Positions 21,228-29,766 of a DNA stretch of 64,000 bases are shown here, in pieces. The position numbers were made by a program, and so were the translations under genes. This DNA is from a virus (lineage: Duplodnaviria > Caudoviricetes). A model generated the notes under the pieces. That model did no database searches. It saw only the letters and a list, made by a program, of their open reading frames with translations, and was not told the DNA's origin. Numbering within the stretch: the stretch's first letter is position 1; each line of letters starts with the position of its first letter. The stretch spans positions 44,380 to 108,379 of IMG/VR virus record IMGVR_UViG_3300035208_006553, one strand, 5' to 3'.

Positions 21228-21556
21228 CGAAAATTGGTGAACCGGCACTTAGTAACTGGACATTGGTTTGCAACTTGTTAGATGAGTTTCTGCAAGCTAA
21301 TCGCCACGAAGTTTTTGTTATAGCGAGTGAGCATACCGAAGGTAGCTCTGCGAACGGTGCGGTTGCGGACGTACAGGAGTTGTTAAGGGCAATAAGAGAT
21401 TTAGACCAAAGGGAAAGGTTGGTTCTCACTATGTATTACAACGAAAAATTAACGTTAAAAGAAATTGCATCTATCTTTGATTGGACGATTGACGCAACAC
21501 AAAAACAGTTTGAAAATATTATAAACAAACTAAAGATAGCAACCGCATCGCTATAA
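21098..21556 (+). CDS. Chimeric cassette ORF with C-terminal sigma-70 region 4 HTH (FliA/WhiG-like)
   Basis: AIRDLDQRERLVLTMYYNEKLTLKEIA; crosses two att right arms in frame; stop codon lies in the TAAC core. Confidence 0.75.
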   Translation: MKNINDWITENFLASERENKLNDLKEIILSDRASEVGVNGIVMPKIGEPALSNWTLVCNLLDEFLQANRHEVFVIASEHTEGSSANGAVADVQELLRAIRDLDQRERLVLTMYYNEKLTLKEIASIFDWTIDATQKQFENIINKLKIATASL

Positions 21557-21681
21557 CGTAGTTGCGGCTAAACTGCACCGACATAGGAAAAAATAATTAA
21601 ATGAATTATAAATTCACGCATATCATCAAATGCGAAAATCTAAGACACCGTAAGGTGTCAGATTTGAGCCGCTGGTTATGT
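21551..21681. repeat. attC-like site
   Basis: CTATAAC-GTAGTT-GCGGCTAAACTGCACC ... GGTGTCAGATTTGAGCCGC-TG-GTTATGT. Confidence 0.85.
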
Positions 21682-21691
21682 GGAAAATTTT

Positions 21692-21774
21692 GGAAGGTTG
21701 CGAGCAATGGCGCTCAAGCGGTCTTGAAAACCGTGCTATCGGCAACGATAAGGGTTCGATTCCTTAACCTTCCG
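21692..21774 (+). tRNA. tRNA-Ser (anticodon TGA)
   Basis: Acceptor GGAAGGT/ACCTTCC plus G discriminator, anticodon arm GCGGT-CTTGAAA-ACCGT, long variable arm, T-loop GTTCGATTC. Confidence 0.88.
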
Positions 21775-21910
21775 CTAGGTCGAGTTCGATTCTCGATGGG
21801 TTACTGACATGCTGGTGCGAATGGAGTTAGGTTCGATTCCTAATGATTACGGTCTTAGAAATAAGATAACTCTGAGAGCTGAGTATGACAGCCGGGAAAG
21901 ACCGGCGAAT

Positions 21911-21993
21911 GGAAGATTGGCAGAGTGGTAATGCAACGGCTTGCTAAGCCGCACAACAGAAATGTTGCAGAGGTTCGATCCCTCTATCTTCCG
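21911..21993 (+). tRNA. tRNA-Ser (anticodon GCT)
   Basis: Acceptor GGAAGAT/ATCTTCC plus G, D-loop AGTGGTA, anticodon arm CGGC-TTGCTAA-GCCG, long variable arm, T-loop GTTCGATCC. Confidence 0.9.
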
Positions 21994-22014
21994 CAAGATG
22001 CGAAAAATTTTTCC

Positions 22015-22219
22015 ACATAACGGAGTTGCCCATAAGCGGACACGGAAATTTAATAAATAAATTTGAGGTTACAAATGCAAGACGAAAAATTAAACGAAAT
22101 TAAAAGACGGATAGATGTTACTTACCAGGGGGACAGAAATCTTGCCGTAATGTTACAAGATGTTATTTATCTCTATAAAAAACTGGAAGAAAGTGTTCCG
22201 CTTGATGGGCTGGTTATGA
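22015..22219. repeat. attC-like site
   Basis: ACATAAC-GGAGTT-GCCCATAAGCGGACAC ... GTGTTCCGCTTGATGGGC-TG-GTTATGA. Confidence 0.85.
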
Positions 22220-22368
22220 CGCAAGCCGACTACTTAAAAGAAATTGAGACAGCCATAGAAAACACAGTTAATGAATATGACCATATATTAAATATGAAGC
22301 GATACCCGCAAGTTGAAGATATGGAAAAGTGGATTAGGAATTTGAGAGAAGCCATACAACCATTTTAG
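22063..22368 (+). CDS. Cassette ORF, hypothetical (likely ATG at 22075)
   Basis: Starts in att loop after GAGG RBS; crosses GTT at 22213 as Val. Confidence 0.65.
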   Translation: MRLQMQDEKLNEIKRRIDVTYQGDRNLAVMLQDVIYLYKKLEESVPLDGLVMTQADYLKEIETAIENTVNEYDHILNMKRYPQVEDMEKWIRNLREAIQPF

Positions 22369-22376
22369 GCTTGTCG

Positions 22377-22508
22377 GTATAACGGATCAGCGACAACCCG
22401 CAAGCGGTAGTTTAATAAAAACTAAATTGATAAAGGAATGATATATGAAAACAAAGAAAAATAAACCGACAAGCGATAGCGCAGTCGGCGTTGGTTGCGT
22501 AGTTAGTT
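22377..22508. repeat. attC-like site
   Basis: GTATAAC-GGATCA-GCGACAACCCGC ... GTCGGCGTTGGTTGC-GTA-GTTAGTT. Confidence 0.8.
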
Positions 22509-22720
22509 TGCCGAACGAAATTTTGATAGAGGTTGAAGGCAGACAAAAAAGAGTTTTAACGAAAGATTATGTAACCGCAAAGACTAAACAATTGCAAGAA
22601 TTTGGTTACACAAAATTAACAGAAGAAGAAGTTTCTTCTGAATTACAAAATATATTAAGCAATAAACCGCTTAATGTTATTGGGATGTTTATGAAAGATG
22701 ACATCGTGAGGTCAAACTAA
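22445..22720 (+). CDS. Cassette ORF, hypothetical
   Basis: Starts in att loop after AAGGA; crosses GTT at 22502 as Val; stop in next TAAC core. Confidence 0.7.
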   Translation: MKTKKNKPTSDSAVGVGCVVSLPNEILIEVEGRQKRVLTKDYVTAKTKQLQEFGYTKLTEEEVSSELQNILSNKPLNVIGMFMKDDIVRSN

Positions 22721-22925
22721 CGTAGTTGAAACTAAAGCGTGAGCGAACATGGAAGACCAATTGAGAGTAAAGATATTTTTATTGTTGAAGGAAAATACGG
22801 ATTTGTTCTTAACAACAAATAATAAATTAATAAGAAGAAACTCATTGAGGCGAATAAACAAATTATTGACCTGTATTTATCTATTGAACTTAAAAGAGCG
22901 AATCGCTTTGAGTTTTTAGTTATAA
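22715..22925. repeat. attC-like site with a complete 56 aa ORF (22749..22919) in its loop
   Basis: AACTAAC-GTAGTT-GAAACTAAAGCG ... CGCTTTGAGTTTT-TA-GTTATAA. Confidence 0.8.
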
Positions 22926-22950
22926 ATTTTTTGGCGGAAGGAGCAAGACA

Positions 22951-23136
22951 ATGAAAATTATATTAGTACCACATTGTAAAAAATGCCCTCACGGTGCGCA
23001 ATGGAATTTAGAAGGAACTGAATATATGTGTGGAAAGAAAACAAAAATTAATTCTGATAAAAATATACCGGAATGGTGCCCTTTGATGGAAGCAACGGAG
23101 TTCTTAAGAAAGGTTAATAGCCAAAAACAATTATAA
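22951..23136 (+). CDS. Cassette ORF, small Cys-rich protein
   Basis: CxxCP...C...IPEWCPL; own GGAG RBS; stop in TAAC core. Confidence 0.7.
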   Translation: MKIILVPHCKKCPHGAQWNLEGTEYMCGKKTKINSDKNIPEWCPLMEATEFLRKVNSQKQL

Positions 23137-23415
23137 CGTGGCGCGGGCTTACCCGTTTGCGGTGAATGAAAAACTAAATTAGGAGAAACAACAATGATAG
23201 GTTTTAACAGAGTAGCAAAATTTGATGATGGCAGATTGATGTATAGAAATATAATAACTAACGACTATACAAGGCTCTCTTTTGTGTATAGGGACGACAT
23301 TAAATATAAACCTTACCCAACTATGCAAATAACTTGTACAGGGTGGAGTTTTAGCTGGTGGAGGTTTTGGGTATGGCACGAAAAGAAGCAAATCAGGCTG
23401 AAACGCTAGTTAGCC
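23131..23415. repeat. attC-like site with partly mismatched (hybrid) arms
   Basis: TTATAAC-GTGGCG-CGGGCTTACCCGTTTGC ... GCAAATCAGGCTGAAACGC-TA-GTTAGCC; loop ORF 23194..23409 ends at the core. Confidence 0.65.
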
Positions 23416-23566
23416 AAGCCGCTTCTCGGGCGGTGTTGCTTGCGGAAATGAGAGAAGGATTACGAATAGCAATGAATAATTGGAAACGCTGTTATTATGG
23501 ATATGGGAAAGAAGTTATGAAAGAAACAAGCGAAGAAACTTTGGCTAATTTACATTTAGATGATGA

Positions 23567-24031
23567 GTGGAGTGGATTAAATTAAACAAAACACAAAGCG
23601 TGTTAATGAAAATGAGCGAAGGTAATCCCGGAGCTTTAACAACGATGATGCAAATAATGATGGAACACGATAATATTGATCCGCAGGCGATGATGGGTGG
23701 AATGGGTGTGATATTATTATTTGACACATTCCAAATTTATGGCTCATCAATTTATATTTTGTTCAACGACCAATGTAACAGGGATGTGAGGGAGTTATTG
23801 ATGCTAATGAGAGCTACGCAACTTGGGTTATTCAGTAGTCGCAACCTTAAACAGATTGCCGATGACCAAATGGGAAAACATTTATTAAGCAAAGAGCAGA
23901 TGGATGAACTTGATAAAAAAGTATGTGAGCAATTAGAACAATTTACAACCAGAGAAGCGTGGGAGAACGCAAAGAAGCATCCGTATAACGGATCTCCGTT
24001 TGTGCCGGTTGCGACATTAATTAAAAAATAG
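23567..24031 (+). CDS. Hypothetical phage protein
   Basis: MSEGNPGA...D...IYGSSIYILFND.C; contains an att left arm (GTATAAC 23983) read through out of frame. Confidence 0.65.
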   Translation: MEWIKLNKTQSVLMKMSEGNPGALTTMMQIMMEHDNIDPQAMMGGMGVILLFDTFQIYGSSIYILFNDQCNRDVRELLMLMRATQLGLFSSRNLKQIADDQMGKHLLSKEQMDELDKKVCEQLEQFTTREAWENAKKHPYNGSPFVPVATLIKK

Positions 24032-25569
24032 ATTTGGAGAAACAAGATGGGAGAAAACGAAACTAAGAATTGCGAACAAACGATGTGTCACTTAAACAGC
24101 AGAGACAAAAGAGAAAATTATGCAAAGTAAAATAAAAGATTTTTGTAAAAGACATAAACCAGCAAACAAGACAATGACTTATTTAGCACATCTTGAATGG
24201 GTAGAACGAAAAATAAAGCAAGGGCATCAACAGTATGAATGCCCCAAGTGTAGGAGGTGGTTATTTAAGTGTGAAATGTAAGTTTTTATAATTAAATATT
24301 TATTATAAAATTAAAGGAGAAATGCAATGAGTTAGAATATTAAATTTATAGGTGAACGGAAATGTGTTAAGGAATTAATAGAGACAGCACAATTACCTGA
24401 AGAAGTAAGACAATGTATTTTAACTACGTTAAGTGAAGAAGATACTACCAAGAACAGTGTGAGAGTAGAAGGATGCAGACATACTTGGACAGGCAAAGAA
24501 AGTAGTTACAGTAATGTAGTAAAGTTAGTAGTTGAGCCCATAGATATTATATATCCGAAAATGTGTATAACACCTATTCGAGAATGTATTGAAAGTTGCG
24601 ACAAAATATTAGAATATATGGAAGCGTTCATGGTTTCAGAGATAAAAATAAAATTAGAAAATACGATAAAGCGAGGTTAATATGTTTTTTAATGAATGGT
24701 ATAATAAAAACACAAAATCTTTTCTTGATAAAAGCACAAAAGAGAAAATGTACACGGCACATAATTACGGATTTGAGGAGGGTTCAAAGAGGAACAAATA
24801 TAACATAACGCAGAACTATTCTGCAAACGGTCCATTATTTTACAATCTTGAAGATAGAGAAGAATATTTAGCAATACTAAAATTTATAAAGTTGCTAGGG
24901 GTAGAAAGAATAGCCAATTTTATTATGAATCAAAATAAATCAATTAAAGGATTACAAAACAACAATGATTTATTTGTCAAGGCATACAAAGAACAAACAG
25001 AAAAAAAGTAAGTAGTTCATTCGTAGAAAATCAAAATAACAATTACTTTAGTTACGAATACAAAAAGGAGTAAAACGATGAAAGAAAAAATTACTTTAAG
25101 TCAATTACGTAAAGACGAAAAATATCGCAAGATGTCTCTCAAAAAACTTGAACATATTATTAATTGGAATATTAGTCACGGTGATTATAATACTTTAGAA
25201 GGTGAATATGCTATTGATAAGGCGCGCAATTTATTAAGTAAATGGACAAAGAAGATTATTGTTAAACGTTAGATTAATTACTGACGTTAGACATAAAAAT
25301 TTTTATACTAATAAAAGAAAAGGTTTCATTTATGTTGTGGATTGTATAATAGCCTACCGAAAAAGACTTATTCCTTTTTTAGATAGTTATAGCCGGTGAA
25401 ATTTGTGTTTTGCCTTTTTTGATACTATACATTTATTGTTAAGGGAAGGGAAAGTTAGAATTGCTTGTAAAAACCTCAGATATAATAATAGACACAAAAA
25501 ATTCAGAATTAGTATTTTGCAAGACTTGTAAAAAATATTTTTCTAAAACGGAAATCATCACCCACATTT

Positions 25570-28500
25570 GTGATAGAGGAAAGAATGAATCTTCAACGAC
25601 TCAAAGTTCCAAATCGTAATACCAATATAATGTCAGCCAACACAGCTTCTATTCTTGAAGCAGTAAAAAGAGCTTCTCAATCTACTCAACCTATTACTAA
25701 AGTAGATCAAGTTAAAATTCAAGAATCAGAAAACAGAGAAAGAATTTCTTTAAAGAATGCAACCGCTTCTGGATTTACAGAAATGAGAAATGGATTATAC
25801 AAAGAAGCTTATAAAAATGTAGATTATGGTAAGATATGGATTAAGAAAGAGTTCGTAAATGAAAAGACAGGCGAGAAAGAAGAGTGGTTAGTTAAATATA
25901 CGAATGACGATGACGAAGTTGTAAGACACATTGCAAGTTCAGGAATGAATAAAGTAGCAAGTTTAGATACAGACGAATCCCACGAACAAACTAAAAGAGA
26001 CAAATCAGAGGTTATTAAAATGGCAACAAATCAAAGTATTGCAGAAGAAATTGTAAAAACAGCAATGGATTTTTCAGTGTATCAGAAGTATCCTCAATAT
26101 AAAAAATATTTTACAGCTTTACTTGATTTGATGAATCCGCCTTATAGTTATGGTCATGGAACGGTTGCTGACAGTGGTGCAGAATATTTAACAAGTAAGT
26201 TTCCAGAAGTAGATGAAGTTGAAGCCAGTAAAATTTTAAATGTATATTTAGGTGAAATGGCTCCTTATGAAGAAACTGAAGATAGTTACCGTAATTCAAG
26301 TAAGATTGCTGCTAATGTTGATCCAAAAAAAGTACCTATAGCTGAAGGAGTCACAACTAAAAATATCACGATGGATCAAGGAGGAGCTGGAGGTACAGCT
26401 AAAGTAACATTTGAATTTTCTGATCCTGCTAAAGGTTTAAAATTTTATCAAGATCAATTTAGTGGAGGAAAGGAAAAAGTAGAAGCACCTAATGAAGAAG
26501 AAACTTCTGAAGAAGAAGAAAGTAATAAAACACCGCAAGGTCTTCCTCAGATGCAATCTCAAGTACAAACTCCCCAGCAAGGTGTTCAATTATCTCAACC
26601 TAAGGCATCGAGTTTAAATAAAAAGTCTGAAAAGAGTTTTGATTCTATAGATGGGGTAGCAATAACGTTAAATGAAATATTTGAAGATGCTGGAGAATAT
26701 CGTATAAATTGGGAAGAAATAAAACAAGTTTTAAAAAATGCTAAAGAAGAATTTCCTTTATCTCAAGTAATTCAAGTAATACAAAATGGGGATTATGAAA
26801 TTGAAAATAAACAAAAAATGTTGAAAATAGTTAAATCCTCTAATTTAAAAATAGGTGAATACTTAAAGAAGGCTGATTATTATGATAATCAGGCAGAAGA
26901 TCAATACGGACAAATATTAGTTGAAGGAGATAGAGCTAAATTACAAGATGGAAGAAGAGTTGAGATTGTTTCAATTGATAGAGATAACATAAAGGTAGTT
27001 ACAGTAGAAAGAGATCAACCAGTAGGAACACCTTTTTTAGTAAATGCTGAATCCCTTACTAAATGGGCATCTTCAACAGTTAGTGAATTTAGTGATTTAT
27101 ATAAAGGAATAAAAGTTTATCGAACAAATATGGAGGATAGTACATTTGCCGGCAACCCTTGGAAATTAGCTTCTCGCGAAGGTGCAAATAAGAAGGTTGT
27201 AAGTAAATTTAGTAAATTCTCTTTTGTTAACGAGAACGGTATTGAAATACCATTAACGCTTTCACCTTCTATTAAAGTAGGTAGTTTATTTGAAAGACCA
27301 GATACACATGAAGTTGCGAGGTTTGCCGGCTTTATTGATCGAGTAGCTACATCTTTAGATGAAGACGGTGAGGAAGTTTATAATGAACCTAAATTAAGAA
27401 AATTGATTAAGGATAATGTATGTGAGAGTTCTGAGTATTGGGCAAGGAATGGAGCGGATTCTGCTTCTGATGTTACTTCAAATTATAGTTGGAGTAACGT
27501 TACAGAAATGGATGGCATAGGAGATTACTTATTAAATTTAGCTTCTTCAGATAAGCAAAAAGCGAAAGTAATATTAAAAGAATATGCTATGAAAGCTGCT
27601 CAAGAGTTTAATGAATATTTAAAAACTTCTTCTTCTAAAATAGCAGTTAAAGATAATGAAGAACCTGAAGATGATTATAATAAAGGTGATGGAGAAGATT
27701 TTGAAGCAACAAGTGATAATGAGGAAGCAAGTGTAGATATACATATTGAAGCTGATCCTAAAACTATCGAAGATATTCTTGACAGTGTTTTAGAAGGAAC
27801 TAATGTAGGTGATAAATTACCCGGAGGTAAAGGAGATAATAAATCTGATGAAGATTTTGATCCAGAAGAGTTAGAAAAAGGTAAAAAGGTAGAAAAAGAG
27901 CATACTGATGATAGTGAGCTAGCTGATGAAATTGCAAAAGATCATTTGACTGAAATGGATGATTATTATGATAAATTAGAAGACATGGAAAATAAAGAGA
28001 AGAAGAAAGAATCTTCATTAAATAAAACAGCATTAGATTTAGATGAAGTTTTAGGCAATACTTACAAAAATGAAGAGGATATAGATGACCCTGACGCATA
28101 CGAAGTTTATTTTAGTGAAGGATATATTGAATTAATAAAAAATGACCGTATAGTACATCAATATAAATATCCAGAAGATATGGAAAGTGCTCCTATTTCA
28201 GGAGAAGAAAGCAGTGAAGTGAATGGAGTATATTATAACAGTATGGACAATTATTTAGAATTTTACGAAAATAAAAGAGTATTGTTCACTTTAAGTTTTA
28301 ATAGATCTGCTAAAGTAGCTTCTTTAAATAAAGTAGCTAAAATAGTGCACGAGAACGGAAAATGGTTAGTAAAGAATGAAGCAGGAACCAAAACTTTAGG
28401 AACTCACGATACAGAAGAGGAAGCTACAAAACAACTTCAGGCTATTGAAATTAATAAGCATAAAGCAAGTTTAGAAAAAAGTACAGTTGAAAAATACCTA

Positions 28501-29730
28501 CATAAGGCTTCTTCTTTAAATAAATCTGGAGATTTAGGAAAACCTGGAGCATTAAAGCTATACTTAGTTCCAATAAGCGGTAATGAAAGGTTCCCAAGAG
28601 GGGGAGAGTTTTTTGTAGGTACTAGAGATGAAATAAAATCAAAACTACAAAAATCAGAAGATTTAGATTCTGAAGAAGCAGAAGAATTGTTACAAAAGAC
28701 CACTGCTAATTCGATGACAGTAAAAGGGTTATATATTTATGACCAAGATGATTCAGAAGGTTTAGTCTTAGGAAGAGAATCAACTCCAAATAGTGAATTT
28801 ATATTAGCAATTAATGATGCTTTTAGTGAAGGAGGTAATGAAGATATGTATGCATCTAAAAAGATAAATTCAAATTTAAATAAACTTTCTTTTAATGATC
28901 CCTATGAAGGACAAGATGATTTTACTGATTACAGAGATCAAGATGAATTTTTACAATCAAAAACAGAAAGTATTAGTGTAGGAGATAGTGTTAAAGTTGA
29001 TAATGACCCTTTTGATGAAGTAGGTACAGTAGTTGAAAAAGATGAAGAAGGAAATTGTTTAATTGAAATGCCAAGTGGAGATACTATTCCTTATCATACA
29101 GATCAGTTAATTAAAGTTGCAGCTGAAGAAGAGAGTTTAGAGATAGGAGAGGGTGATTTTCACCCTGAAGATAATTCTATTGAGCATTATTTATCTCAGA
29201 GAAATAGAGAATATAGAGAACAAAGTTTACCTGTTAAAATCGATATGTTAGTAGATGATTTAATATCGAAATTTAATTACTCTCCAGAATTATCTCGTAA
29301 ATTAGTAAAAGACTTTATTAACAATAAAATTTCTTCTAAAATCGCAGCTGATATAAGTGATCAAATACCTCCAATGTCCCTTACTACAGATGAATCTAAA
29401 TCAGACAAACCCGATTCTAATGCTCAACCTCTTCCTCCAAAACAGAATTTGAATGACAATCCAGGAGATGTTTTATATGACAGTAATAAAGTTCAGCAAA
29501 ATGGAGGTCCGGATCAGTTTCAAACTATAGTTAATCCGCAAGAAAAGTCCGTCACAGTTAAATTTTTAGATAACGATCAAGAAGATGCTCTTAATCAAGC
29601 ATTACATAGTGGAGTAGGCACCTCTCCAAGTTCTCAACCTCAACAAACACCACCTCTTCCTCAACCAAATCAATCAGGGGTTCCTCCAGTGAAAACTTTT
29701 GAAGAGAGTAACAGCGGTGTACAATACTAA
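25570..29730 (+). CDS. Large acidic modular (polyvalent) putative virion/internal protein with DUF5661-like domain
   Basis: ELEKGKKVEKEHTDD...IAKDHL.E..DYYDKL (DUF5661-like); domains separated by recurrent SSLNK / K-x-A motifs. Confidence 0.65.
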   Translation: MIEERMNLQRLKVPNRNTNIMSANTASILEAVKRASQSTQPITKVDQVKIQESENRERISLKNATASGFTEMRNGLYKEAYKNVDYGKIWIKKEFVNEKTGEKEEWLVKYTNDDDEVVRHIASSGMNKVASLDTDESHEQTKRDKSEVIKMATNQSIAEEIVKTAMDFSVYQKYPQYKKYFTALLDLMNPPYSYGHGTVADSGAEYLTSKFPEVDEVEASKILNVYLGEMAPYEETEDSYRNSSKIAANVDPKKVPIAEGVTTKNITMDQGGAGGTAKVTFEFSDPAKGLKFYQDQFSGGKEKVEAPNEEETSEEEESNKTPQGLPQMQSQVQTPQQGVQLSQPKASSLNKKSEKSFDSIDGVAITLNEIFEDAGEYRINWEEIKQVLKNAKEEFPLSQVIQVIQNGDYEIENKQKMLKIVKSSNLKIGEYLKKADYYDNQAEDQYGQILVEGDRAKLQDGRRVEIVSIDRDNIKVVTVERDQPVGTPFLVNAESLTKWASSTVSEFSDLYKGIKVYRTNMEDSTFAGNPWKLASREGANKKVVSKFSKFSFVNENGIEIPLTLSPSIKVGSLFERPDTHEVARFAGFIDRVATSLDEDGEEVYNEPKLRKLIKDNVCESSEYWARNGADSASDVTSNYSWSNVTEMDGIGDYLLNLASSDKQKAKVILKEYAMKAAQEFNEYLKTSSSKIAVKDNEEPEDDYNKGDGEDFEATSDNEEASVDIHIEADPKTIEDILDSVLEGTNVGDKLPGGKGDNKSDEDFDPEELEKGKKVEKEHTDDSELADEIAKDHLTEMDDYYDKLEDMENKEKKKESSLNKTALDLDEVLGNTYKNEEDIDDPDAYEVYFSEGYIELIKNDRIVHQYKYPEDMESAPISGEESSEVNGVYYNSMDNYLEFYENKRVLFTLSFNRSAKVASLNKVAKIVHENGKWLVKNEAGTKTLGTHDTEEEATKQLQAIEINKHKASLEKSTVEKYLHKASSLNKSGDLGKPGALKLYLVPISGNERFPRGGEFFVGTRDEIKSKLQKSEDLDSEEAEELLQKTTANSMTVKGLYIYDQDDSEGLVLGRESTPNSEFILAINDAFSEGGNEDMYASKKINSNLNKLSFNDPYEGQDDFTDYRDQDEFLQSKTESISVGDSVKVDNDPFDEVGTVVEKDEEGNCLIEMPSGDTIPYHTDQLIKVAAEEESLEIGEGDFHPEDNSIEHYLSQRNREYREQSLPVKIDMLVDDLISKFNYSPELSRKLVKDFINNKISSKIAADISDQIPPMSLTTDESKSDKPDSNAQPLPPKQNLNDNPGDVLYDSNKVQQNGGPDQFQTIVNPQEKSVTVKFLDNDQEDALNQALHSGVGTSPSSQPQQTPPLPQPNQSGVPPVKTFEESNSGVQY

Positions 29731-29766
29731 AAATAATTAATAACATTAATTTTTAAGGAGTAAAAA

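Larger units (their letters stand above)
19505..24012. mobile_element. Array 1 of integron attC-like gene cassettes (about 10 sites; no integrase in window)
   Basis: Repeated imperfect palindromes YAAC...GTTR. Cassette start complementary to own end, e.g. GTTATAGCGA(21317)/TCGCTATAAC(21548), GTTATGTGGAAAA(21675)/TTTTCCACATAAC(22009), GTTAGTTTG(22502)/CAAACTAAC(22713). Confidence 0.8.

Noticed and set aside
21601-21807. 68 aa ORF from the ORF track
   Set aside because: Its 3' half overlaps tRNA-Ser(TGA). It is most likely read-through from an att-loop start into a non-coding cassette.
19505-24012. Palindromes as rho-independent terminators or REP/MITE elements
   Set aside because: Arms are about 80-240 nt apart, lack U-tracts and differ in sequence between sites, and the outer complementarity links successive sites rather than the two arms of one site.
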